A stretch of DNA of 37,763 nucleotides from Bigelowiella natans CCMP2755 (taxonomy: Eukaryota; Protista; Cercozoa), in assembly GCA_000320545.1 (NCBI GenBank), contig ADNK01001189.1, positions 1-37,763 of the forward strand, read 5' to 3'. The translations under genes and the position numbers were made by a program. Below the pieces are notes generated by a model, which was given only the letters and a program-made list of their open reading frames with translations, made no database searches and had not been told where the DNA came from. Within the stretch, counting starts at the first letter, position 1. Every line of letters begins with the position of its first letter. Positions 1 through 11,573 of the stretch are shown in pieces.

Positions 1-263
1 GCATGTTTAGGGAGGGCGCCCCCCCCCCTCCCCCCCTGTTCCGGGGGGCCCAGTGTTCAAACCCCTTGTTTTTAAAGGGGGGGGAGGGGGAGGGGCGCGG
101 CCAAACTTTTAAAAAGAGGAAAGGAGAGGAGGAGGATACCTTTCATTAGGAGGATGTTATTGAGGGAAAGGGGTAGTTTGTAGTTTTTTGAAAATGTAGG
201 GGGGGGGGTATATATATATATTAATATATATATCCATACACATATTTTTACATATTGATTTAG

Positions 264-654
264 GAATTGCTGCAGCAACCCAGAAGGAGCTCTGTGCAAA
301 AGCATGCAAACAAGGGCGATGATAGGAGGGGGGCACGCATAGCCTCGAGCACTTACTTTGAGAAGATAGGTAATAATCGATGACACCTTCTTAGCTATTA
401 TTTGTCAGAAGAACTGGGCGGGGACAGGGGGGGGGGACAGTGAACAGCTCGCATTCGCTTCTTTCATTTTATTTCTCAGTTGTTTTTTCCAACATCTTCT
501 CGTCTCGACCCCCCCCCCCCCCCCCCCCTCCCTCCGCCCCTCCCCTCTGTTTTATTGAGTATGGGAACTAACGCGCTCTGTGTTTGACGGCATCAGTCCG
601 ATTTTTTAGATCTTTAGATGCTGAGGCTATTGAGGTGGGTGAGGTGTGTGTGTT

Positions 655-695
<41 letters not shown>

Positions 696-1541
696 TGATA
701 ATTTATATGTGTACAAATTTACGAGCAGACGCTTATTGTAGTCGTTCCCATGGGAGTCGCAGCAGGTAGGAGCAGCAGCCAAAAGCGAGAGGCACTCACA
801 CTTTGCCCTCAAACTAAATATCTGATTGATCTCTTTATGTTTTTTGCGTCTGTGACTTTCCCCCCCCCCCTTTCCTTCCTCTGTCTACGAACCAAATAAT
901 TAGGCGCTATGAATGCATTAGTCAGTGAATGGCTACTGCTAAATGAGGGAGGGAGGGAGGGAGGGAGGGAGGAGGAGAGAAAGAAAGAAAGAGAACGAGA
1001 GAAATGATAGAGAAAAATCTCTAAGTAGGGAATACCTTTGGTAGTACCGCGCGCATATTCCTTCCTGGTTTCAACCCTTATGGTGGGAATTTCTTCGTCT
1101 GTAAGCACGATGACGAGATTATAGGGTACTTACTGCTGCGCAACCGTCCTTTTGCTCTTGATTCAGCTCTTCGTGTACTTGCAGCAACTAGGAGCCTCCA
1201 CGGTAGTATACCAAAAACCGAAATTGCCTGCAAAAGAGTTCATTTAGCCCACAACATATTATAACATATTATTATGTGTGCGTGCGTGTGTGCGTGTGTG
1301 CGTGTGTGTGTGTCTGTGTGGTGTGAATGGCACCGATTAGAACAAATACATTATCCTGCATGCACACTTCAGTGCATAGAATTGCTTTTTCCACGCTCAT
1401 CGGTCGCCATTTTCATCCTAACAAACACGTCCTAACCCCCCCCCCCTTCTCTCTTCATCCACTATCTGACAAACGATGAGCATAGGTGCTTCTGGGAACG
1501 ACTTTGGTAACAAATATTGCTCCGACGGGAAACAAGAAATC

Positions 1542-1578
<37 letters not shown>

Positions 1579-1653
1579 TATAAATGTGTGTGTGTGTGTG
1601 TTAAATAATTCATATATTAAATATATTGGCCTTACGTGTGGGAGAGGAATATC

Positions 1654-1698
<45 letters not shown>

Positions 1699-2183
1699 TT
1701 TTAAAATATTGATAATAACAAGACGTTTTGTTGGCTCGTAGGTGGTGAATATAATGACCGAGATTCCCTGTTTCGTGTATTCAGAAGCTTTACGCAAGCG
1801 ATTTGGTGAGGAGGAGAATATAACTGAGAGAGACCGCATCACGAAAGAAGGGGGGGGAGGGGGGAAGAATGGTGGTGGCAGCATGGTGATTGTGTGTAAG
1901 TCATTTCTACGATGTCTTCGGCTATGAGCAACCATGATGATTTGAAAAGTAAAGATTGTAATAAGGGAGGAGGAGTAGATCATGAAACGAGCACTGCCAA
2001 ACACAAACACGCGCCCCCCCTCCCCCAAAAAGTCCTCGATCCTACCCCCCTCACTACCCTCTAAACACGGCTACAACCTCTGCTCCTTCCCACCCCTGAA
2101 TACACAGGGATTCGGTGCATCATCTACATAGGAGTCACCGCGTATGCAGTCCGCGTGGGCTGGTACGTGCAGCTCCGCAATTC

Positions 2184-2223
<40 letters not shown>

Positions 2224-2517
2224 AAAAAAAACGAGAAGTAGGACAATTAGCGCCACCGGTTTCTGTACTATAACCGACTGTTTCGGGGGGGTTTGGGCCG
2301 TGTTTCACGCCTGCTATGTCTCCGCATTTCAACTGATATTATCCACGGGTTGGTAAGGTACGCGTGGATCCAAAACCCATGGCTGGTAATGCCTGCAGAG
2401 CTCCTACACGGTTCTCGTAAGTAGTAGTAGTAATAGTAGTAGTAGTAGTGGTGGTGGTTCGGTTCTGCTCTTTGTTGGAGAGGGCCGTCGCCGTGCACGT
2501 TGTTGATCGAATCGATC

Positions 2518-2581
<64 letters not shown>

Positions 2582-2691
2582 ATCTGAAATTGAATTCGAT
2601 CGGTCGGGTTGACCCACCAAACTTGAGTAGGGGTGACCTTCGCTCTGGTTTGGAGCTCATTAGCTGTCTTAGCGACTCAGGTGAGTTGAAG

Positions 2692-2768
<77 letters not shown>

Positions 2769-3175
2769 ATGATGAGGTTGAGGGCAGCAGAACTTACTAA
2801 GAGAGTGTTTTGCTGCTGCTACCTATAGATTAGCCCTGAGAAGGGCCTACAGGCTACAACGCAGGGACTGTTCTCCCTTCTCTTCAACGGTGTTGGGGGA
2901 GGCATTGGTGCTGTTGGAGGAGGGTAATATCCATGCGGTCAGGGAAAATAAGAGATCCTGTTTCTTTGTCTTAGCGGGCAGAAAACAGCCGTGGTCATTT
3001 ATTTTGAATTGCGCAGCTCTGAAGAGGGGGGGGAGGGGGGGGGAGTTGCTGTTGTCCTTACCGAAGCGGTTGAAAAGACTTTTTTGCCGATTGTTCGTAT
3101 GCGTGTTTAAAGGAGAACCCTTTCCGCTTGCGGATAGAATTACCCGTGAGATGACGGGGGGGGTTGTGTTACTCA

Positions 3176-3206
<31 letters not shown>

Positions 3207-3532
3207 CTTCTTCTTCTCACACAAGGTACCTCTACGAAAGCATTGGTCCAAGGAAGGTCGTTAATTAACAGCAGATAGTGGATCTAACGATGCTCAAGAG
3301 GCGTCGCTGACAGTGCTGAGTTTGCTGTGCATTATGTGTGATCGAGACAACGCCGTCGTTTCCTACTTCCAAGTTTCGCCAAAGTACGATTTCTAAGAGC
3401 GCTCTGTTTTTGTCATTTGTACATTTGTTGGTGGCCTCAATCATCCAGGTTTTCGCTGGGATCTCTCTATGCAATGTAGCTGCTCTCCTCTTACTGGTTA
3501 TAACCGACTGCAGAAGGGCGATGCTATCGTAG
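264..3532 (+). CDS. MFS transporter, MFSD6/MFS_1-like family (3' part; 5' end lies before the window)
   Basis: GT-AG exons splice in frame to ...TLIVVVPMGVAAGAMNAL|LFVYLQQLGAST|VLLGTTL|VVNIMTEIPCFVYSEALRKRFG|IRCIIYIGVTAYAVRVGW|YAWIQNPWLVMPAELLHG|VTFALVWSSLAVLATQ|ISPEKGLQATTQGLFSLLFNGVGGGIGAVGGG|YLYESIGPRK|VFAGISLCNVAALLLLVITDCRRAMLS* (TAG 3530-3532). The LGAS, EIP, NPWxVxPxELLHG and ATxQG motifs are typical of MFSD6-like proteins. The first two exons (264-633) are less certain and need a 1-nt correction in the T-run at 602-607. Confidence 0.85.
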
Positions 3533-4519
3533 TTCTGTACAACACATACGAATGAAATTAATGTATCCACGAACCTTGAACATGGAATAGGGGACACGTG
3601 TAGCATGGCCGTTATTATCATGCAAACAGCGATTTACGGTTTGTCACACATTTTAGCATTCAAGTAGAGCTGACATTGTCCATGCATGTTGCGTTCTTCC
3701 ATGCATCTCTTCCCTGCTTTACGCTATGCTTGCGTGCTGCAGCACGTACATATATATGTTGTGCAAACCTCGTGCATGGCAGTTTACTTTTTGTCTGCCC
3801 CATTACTAGCTAGTAGCTAGATTAGCTAGTCGTCATGCAGCTAGTATGTGCGTAGTAGTAACAAGCTAGCTAGCTAGGCTGCCACGCTCATCATCATATA
3901 TGCACAAATAAAAAATTCTTGCCACATGCATCTTCCTCCCCGCACACTAGCACATGCTAGCATGCGCGCGCGCTATCGATGCGTGATGCGCATTGCAAAA
4001 TAAAGTTCCCACGCTACGCATGCAAGATATGATGCTAGAATGCTAGAATGGGGCATCGTCGAGGTGCACAACGTACAGCTAGAAATAAACAGACATTTGC
4101 ACACGCTAGCACGTACAATGCAAGGCACTGTGCCAATGTCTAGAGTGTGCATGCTGTTGCGATTCGATTCCAAAGAAGAGGAATTATTTCGTGTGCATCA
4201 CGCGCACGATCGCACCGATGTGCACACAGCGTCTTGCGCAAAGTTGGTGTCCTTTTCTTGAATTGTAATCAGTTCATAAAGTTTGTAACAGAAGGGTCGC
4301 ACTGCAATTTTACGATACAATTCTATGCGTTATCGGAAGGTGGGCTTGGTTTTGGGAACATTGACTAACGATTCCCGTCAAAATTCACTTCCGGGAAACA
4401 TAGGGGGGGAGGGGGGGGGGGGATTTTTTTTGCTGCAATTGCTGGAAAAGATGGGTGAAGGAGGAGGAAGACTGTGGAAGTTTACGATTGATAATCATAT
4501 TTATTATGAGACGTCATCT

Positions 4520-7304
4520 TCAAGCCTGTACAGCTGGTACGACATAAGAGCCCAACTGATCGTCCTTCGCGTCCTCAGTTAAAACCAGAGAGGCTTGAGC
4601 CGCAATGAGATGCTGCCTTTCAACCTCCTCATCATCCTCGTCATCTTGGAGGTTCTTCGGGAAGAAGCGAGCATCGTTTCCTCCGCCCTCTTCTGCTATT
4701 GGCGAGCCTGGCAAGACGGGAGACCTCTCAACTCCCCCGAACACCTTGCTCATGAAGTTCTCCTCGCACGCGCCACAGAAGAGCCCGCTGTTGTTACGGC
4801 CGGCCTGCACGAGGCCCTCTTTCTCGTCCTTTGAGATGGAGAGCCCCAGCATCTTAATCAGAGAGCCGGAGAAACTTCCCATTAAGATCGTCGTAATGAC
4901 GACGATGGCCAGCGTCGTCGTCGCCATAAACTTAGAACTGGACGCTGGAACCTGCACAGCGAGCGCGAAAGAGACAGCACCACGCAGCCCCGCCATGACC
5001 ATTACGAGCTGCATTTGCCCCGTGATACGGTCCTTGAGCGCGAGGTTCAAGATGCTGGACAGTAGAGAGACTTGGATTATTCGTGATATGAGGCAGAGGG
5101 ATGTGCCTATCACTACGAAGAGAGGTGACCACGCATACCTGAGAAAGTTGATGGTATCATTATGATTTATGGTTATGATAAATATGACTGTCGTTGTTGC
5201 TCAGTTTCGGAAGATAGCAGAGGCGCTAAGAGTAGCTATGGATGTAAGAAAGGCGGATCGAACATGCATGTATCATGCCCTAGTCTCCCCCCCCCCTCCC
5301 CCTCTATTTCGTACTGGGATTGCGGGATGAAGGAGGTGATGGCCGTGATGCCGAGTACGATGAAAACCGCGGTTTCCGCTACGAATCCGAAGGCCTGTAC
5401 CGAAGACTCTACAGCGATACGGGAGCTCTCAGATAGATTGTGGCTGTGGTAGTGAGCCAGAACGATGGCGCAGAAGAACAAAGCCATGATTCCTGACATC
5501 TCGAGGATCTCGCCAACGCAGTAGCACATGTACGCGACAAAGAAAGTCATGCCTGCGGGGGTGGAGAGGAGGAGGAAAAGGAGGAGGAAAAGGAGGAGGA
5601 GGAGGAGGAGGAGGAGGAGGTGGTGGTGGTAATTTAATTCGAAAGTGGGACGTTTATGATTTTTTGCGATCATCACAACAATGTCCTCAGATGGTGTGGG
5701 GGAACTGCTACTACTACTACTGGAGTTTTGAAGTAAAATAAAAGGATATAGAAACGATCAAATAAACAAACGAACAAAGGAACAACAGCTTCTATCAACA
5801 CTACCCATCTCAATTTCTGGATGATTCTTGATGAGAGGAGTCTTGTTCGATACTAACGAGCACAAGAGGCCGAACGTCACCCCCAGCATAATGGAGACCA
5901 CCGTGATCCCCAAGAAGATAATCATGCACTTGCCGAGGTCGTGCATGGAGAAGTTGACCAAATCCGCGCTGTCAGTTAGGAAGGGGTGAAAGCCTTCAAG
6001 GGTCTTGTAGAGCGTGATACAGACGGCGTCGTTAAGGACGCTCTCCCCAAAAATGATTGCATGCAGCATCGGATTGGCATCCAGGCTCGCCATGATGGAC
6101 ACGGTAGATACGGGATCAGTACCTGAGGCAGGGGGGAGGGTTCAACGAGAAATCAGAGAGCGACTTACTCTATGCGTGTAATAAAGAGTGAGGAAGAAAT
6201 TCCAAATCTCCCACAACATTTCTTCTTCTATTTTTTTTTACAAATCGAACGAATTTCCAAAGACTAGCAAGAACATTATTTCAATGCTGCCGCCGAACTT
6301 ACTGGATATAAGCGTTCCGAACATCAGTGACTCAAGTGCGTTTTCGCTGTCAAGAGGAATGGTGCCAGCTTTTGAAAGTGCAAACAAAGAGAATCCGATG
6401 ATAAGTGTAGAGATTATGGTCCCAAAGAACGCAAAAACTGCGATGCTGCCGATGTTGGCGAAAAAGAGGGTTTTCTCGACTCCAAATCCAGCTTTGAAGA
6501 TAATGGGGGGCAAGAGAATGTAGAAGAATAGCTCTGGCTTGAATTCTAAGAAGCCCTTGCCTAGATACTCGTGAAGGATAACCATTGTCGTTCCAACTAC
6601 CATTCCAATCAGAATAGCTGCGACCGATTCAGGGAGGTAGAGCAGCTTGTATCTGCATTAGAACAGGAAATATCAGTACAACAAACAATGGCAATGCGTT
6701 TAATAGTGCACGAACATAAACATTTTCCGTATAAAAATTATGAGAACTATAGAACATTCAGGCATCAACTTCCACAGGAAGAGAGTTCTCTTTGTAAATT
6801 TTAATGAAGTCTCAGTTAATCAGTACCTGTGGAAATAGTACTTGTAGAACAACACGGAGCAGAGAACAATGACACTCCAGAGAGCTGTCATTCCCACATG
6901 ATAATGCTTTGCCGATACAGCCTCTTCTACCTATTTTGATCGGATGATTGCAAACTCGCATTAGAAATACATATACGAACGTAGTGCACACATGAACATA
7001 AAGGCAAGCAGTCTGCTCAGATAAAATAATAGTTACAAGAAATACATATTAAAACGAATGTCACATTGCAGACCTTATTTTCTCCCCTGCCAAGGTGCGT
7101 ATCTGAGAGTTCTGTAGTTGTAGTTGTATCACCATGTAGCCTCGTCTGGTTATTGAGGTGGCTCAAGTCTTGGCGTTCCAACAGTATTTCAGGTGCTGTC
7201 TCACTGGACAGTTGAGCTCCATTTACTGCAATTTCTGTTGGCCGTAGGGCCGTGGACAGGAAGGCAAAGATGAGAACGCTTGGGCGAATCATGGTGAGGA
7301 GCAT
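4520..7304 (-). CDS. Na+/H+ exchanger, CPA1 family (NHE/NHX; resembles intracellular NHE8-type), 6 exons
   Basis: Spliced motifs LPESVAAILIG, FKPELFFYILLPPIIFKAG, FFANIGSIAVFAFFGT, STDPVST, IFGESVLNDAV, SGIMALFFCAI, AETAVFIVLG and AGLRGAVSFALA. All introns are GT-AG. Hydrophobic N-terminus; start at 7304 or 7292; stop TGA at 4520-4522. Confidence 0.95.
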
Positions 7305-7838
7305 CTCGCCCGCCTCTTCAAGGGATGGGGACAGAAATGTGTCTGACAAAACCGCAGAAAATACAATCTATTTAATATGTACGACATCATTTGTTCGTGC
7401 ATTATCAATCTGGAGACAGATGGAGTTCCATGTTGATTTCCATGTGTAATTTGTTTTTCAACTCCGCGAGATTATGCTGCCTAATTTTGATGTGCGTCTT
7501 TCAAATATTGCAGTCTTTCATGTTGAACGAATGATATTTATTCCATGTTCCAGAAATGACGCGACATGAGCCAAAATGTGAGACTTCATGAGGAATTTCA
7601 ACGAGTCAAAAATCCATTCGAAATTCATCATATCCGTCACTTAACGTAATTTATTGACTTTTCCCCCCTCCATTTTAGTATCGCTTTTGAATCGAAAAGC
7701 AGGAAAATGGTCACGTAGTTTTTACATTGATTTTACTGTCCAGAATAACAACTCCAGGGCCGAAAATTTATAAATGGAATATTTCTACAGGAACAGCGAA
7801 ATTCGCTCTTCTAACTGTCCGACTGCGACGTTCGAAAA
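7305..7838. promoter_or_regulatory. Divergent (head-to-head) intergenic/promoter region between the NHE gene and the TPR-Grx-Myb gene
   Basis: 534 bp, AT-rich and microsatellite-free, between two outward-facing start codons. Promoter role is inferred from position only. Confidence 0.5.
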
Positions 7839-9954
7839 ATGGAGTCCGGTAGAGGCTCCATCACCCTGAAGGACATCCTTCTTTCCGCCGATGATCACTG
7901 GCGGAAGGGGGACAAAGATAAATGCATAAAAGCATACGAAGATGCTCTCGAATTTGCGAAGGGGGACGAGGAGAAGGAAGCAATGGTGCACATGGGCCTT
8001 GGCTTTGCGCTCCTTCGAATGCCAGAAGTTCGGGTCGCGACTATTTTTTCAAAATGCACATCTGGTGTTGAGTGAACATGCACAGTTTTGAAGAATTGGG
8101 TTTGAAGAATCAAAGTGTCTTACTCATATGAACGATGACGATCAAAATATGCTATTGATATTCGAATGGCAGCGAATAACGACCCGACTATATTCATTTT
8201 GTTGTGCTTCGTCTTCTTCGTTTTTAAAGTTGAAGAAGAAAGGAATCTTACACTTGCTCGGCGCGAAGTCCATCGCAGACAAACGGTTTCTTTAGATTAA
8301 TAGAACGACTTTTGAAATGGGTGCCTTGATTTTCGTATGCGGTGATGCTTTTTTTTCCTTCATGCGCTTCTCACAAGCTTTGTATGATCCAGGGGTGAAG
8401 AGGCTCAAGCAGTCTTTGTGCAAGATATTATAGCTAAAGCCTCGGCGCAAGTAAAGACTCTAGAATTAAAGAGTGGGGGTGCGAAGGAAATGCAGAGAGT
8501 TTCTGGCAGTGACGAGCGAAAAAGCGGAAACGAGACCAACGAGACAGGCATAGATAAGGGGGGGGCAGAAGGACCAGACGCCTACTCCTCTTGCGCGAAA
8601 GGCTTGGTAACACTTAGACACCATATCGGATCATTCACCCAAACGAGAAAGAAACACGGAAAAAACGGAAAAGAGGGGGGTTGGGAAGGTTGGGGGAAAG
8701 TGATATAGCCATCCAATTCACAGCGTTTGAAGTCGCTTATCTAAAAGACTATTGCACCTCTCTTGTGTTTGCTACTTTATGATCATCCTTCCTGTTTTAT
8801 CCCCTTCTTCTTCTACGTCTTCCCCCACCTAGATAATAAAGTATAAGGTCATGCTGTTCATGAAGGGCACTCCAACCCAGCCTGAATGTATACACAGTCT
8901 CAAAACTGGTAATCGCCGCACATGCAGTCTCCCCGACGTGGCAGCTGAATTTTAGGCCTTTAGAGATTACAAGTGCCATCCTTATTTCATTTCATTTACC
9001 ACTTGCCGCGACAGTGAAAATACTTGATGCGCTCGGTCTCGATTTCTATCCATACAACGTGATGAAAGCACATCCAAAGGTGATCGAAATCGCCCCCTTG
9101 CATCTTGCACCAGTTGATTTTGAATTAACTGTTTGCCCTCTCCTGGTGCTACATACTTAATGCTCCTCACAGCTGCAGGCCGCTATCAAGCAAATCGGCA
9201 AGTGGCCGTTCTTCCCTCAGGTAGAGAGTAGAGCGTTTCGCGGAGCGTCGCGCTGGCGCGGCGAGAGTAGCTAACTCGCGTAAGTTTTCCCTGGTATATG
9301 AGCAACATCCAACCTATGCTAACAGCTGTACGTCAACGGCAAGCTGTTCGGGGGTCGGGACGTAATCGAGGGCTTGGATGATGACGAAGAACTAGTAGAA
9401 GCTTTGGTAGCTGCGCGCTTCCCGATGAGGCCCCGTCGCCATTTTTCCAACTTGACTTACTTTCTTCTTTCTTCAAATTTAACTTTCTCCGGGATGACCC
9501 TTCGGTTGACGTATACGAACGCCTGCATGGCATTGTTATATCACAAAGTAGCCTGTATGGTTGAGCCGGTGTGTGCTGAGATTACCCTCCATTCGTGACC
9601 ATCCGCAGAAAAAGGCGGGCATTCCGAGCGAGGGCTTTGGCGATCCTCGCGAAAGATGCACGACAGATGTTAGATATGAACATGATATATATAATTTATA
9701 CCCCCCCCTCCCTTTTGAGTTGTTTTCCCCCCTTACAGCCTATGCTCCCTCCGACTGATTGTGCTCGAAATCATATCGACAGATAACAGCTCCTGGGTGC
9801 GTTTCCGGCCATGCAAAAGAGCTCCTCGGCGCTGCTGCAGCAGGCGATCAAGCCCTCCTCAGTGACGAAGATAGCGACCTCCTTGTGATCATCTCGAAAG
9901 AAGGCACTGGTACTACGTGGGATATTATGATTACCACTCAAAAGCATATGAGAA

Positions 9955-9988
<34 letters not shown>

Positions 9989-10089
9989 CCTAAAACTACT
10001 TGCTCCAATCCTGTGCAACGAAGGATGAAGCTGACCACGGATACAATACAATACAATGGCATGCACGCACCCACGCAAGTCCATATAAC

Positions 10090-10128
<39 letters not shown>

Positions 10129-10719
10129 GACCGACCGACACCAAGCACTCTACAGGTGACTGGAAAGCTCTCGCCGAGACTTTGAGTAAAAAATTTAGCC
10201 GCAAAGTCACCAGCAAGGAGATACGGAAAAGGTAACAATGCGAAGATCGTTTTATGCTTACTACAGGGCGTGCGGCCATGTCTGGCTCTCACCTTATAGC
10301 GATTAAGCGCTTTGATAGCATCGTATCACTCACAAGGCTGTTAGTGTCTGCCGCTCCTGCCCACCACTCGCTGTCGTGGTTACTACTGATGTGTACCCGC
10401 AACGGTCTCGATTGCGTTTCACGAGGGCAAATAATAATAATAATGCGTCCACGGTCTTAGGTGGAGGGAAATAAAACCGATAATAAAGCAGAAAGTCGAG
10501 TCGAAGGTAAGCGTGAAAGCATCGCAATTAACAAGAAACGCTCGAAAGGCGTAGCCATTCTGAACTATACCTTGAGATTGTACGTATGTGATAATCCAGG
10601 CGGAAATGAAGTGTGGACACTCCTGCTTCACATGCCCCACGCGCCACGAGTGCAAACTGCATGATGAGCTTGATCACGACATCGAGGATCTCGCCGTTCC
10701 TACCACCACGCCCAAGTAG
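7839..10719 (+). CDS. Multidomain protein (~385 aa): N-terminal TPR-like helices + monothiol glutaredoxin-like domain (CIHS) + Myb/SANT-like repeat + C-terminal CX3CX2CX5C motif
   Basis: 12 GT-AG exons with consistent phase: 7839-8027, 8230-8285, 8393-8606, 8833-8908, 9015-9079, 9173-9220, 9326-9406, 9609-9668, 9783-9909, 10156-10231, 10461-10506, 10600-10719 (1158 nt). TPR-like: ADDHWRKGDKDKCIKAYEDALEFA..AMVHMGLGFALL. Grx: KVMLFMKGTPTQPECIHSLKTVKILDALGLDFYPYNV..AIKQIGKWPFFPQLYVNGKLFGGRDVI. Myb: LSDEDSDLLVIISKEGTGDWKALAETLSKKFSRKVTSKEIRKRWREI. Tail: CGHSCFTCPTRHECKLHDELDHDIEDL. Confidence 0.85.
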
Positions 10720-11573
10720 CACAAAATAGCCGCCGCGTGCGTTAGATGGCAACGGGCTGGCCTTGCTGTCAGGCATGCACACATCATTGGACTGCGAACG
10801 TTCAATCTGCCATCAATTGCATCGCTTTGTGATCGATGACAAACAAAGGCACTATGTTCTCGCAGACATATGAACTACGTAAGATTATGATAAGACCGCT
10901 AGCTGCAGCTATCCAACGCAAAGAGCTGTGGCGTTGATGTATATCATGCATGTACTTACTTAATAATTCATAAAAGCTTGCGCCTGTCGCGCAGTGAAAT
11001 AACCTGGCTATCTAGCTATACATAATATACAATAACGGTGGCGCTGCACATGCATTAGTATTTTATGACATTAAAACGCACAAACAAAGACGTGCTAGCG
11101 TGGCTACAACCATGAGTGTTTTTGCTAAGCGCATGGCTTGCTACACATATATGATTAACAATTAGTACAATGAACGATATGATGCATCTAGCGTATGAGC
11201 GGGAAAAATTATGTCCCCAATGATCCCAGCACTGCGAAGCACTAATGCAGGGTTTACTATTTTACGTAACTCGCTTGTACAATTGGCCACATGCTAAAAC
11301 TTTGTGCAATTAGACGATCTAGCGATGTTTTATCAACCGTATGACAGAATGCTTGCAAGTCGCATTCTCCAATTTTATGTTGATTGACTAAGACTAATGC
11401 TTAGTTTCAAATCGTTCTTTGACATATCGCACGCAAGCGCTGTAGCCGCTGCTTAGCATAGCTACATTAGAATGGCCGTTGAAAGTATTTAATCATATGA
11501 TTACATCCGTCTCATACATCGCACGGTATTAGCCGCTGCTCGGCACGCATGCGACGTTGCGAAATGATCCGCA

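Noticed and set aside
1-610. Homopolymer-rich start and an apparent frameshift/stop in the MFS exon at 601-610
   Set aside because: Long G/C/A/T runs look like low-quality sequence. Removing one T from the T6 run restores VWELTRSVFDGISPIFRSLDAEAIE, so a sequencing error is more likely than pseudogenisation or recoding.
905-1085. Possible non-canonical (GG-AG) intron and extra exon GIPLVVPRAYSFLVSTLMVGISSS
   Set aside because: A canonical GT donor after ..AMNAL joins directly to LFVYLQQLGAS and fits the MFSD6-like pattern without a non-canonical site.
8724-8764. Optional micro-exon (AFEVAYLKDYCTSL) before the Grx domain
   Set aside because: It needs a weaker phase-1 donor, while the direct GT-AG join 8606/8833 already keeps the frame. 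Left out of the model but not excluded.
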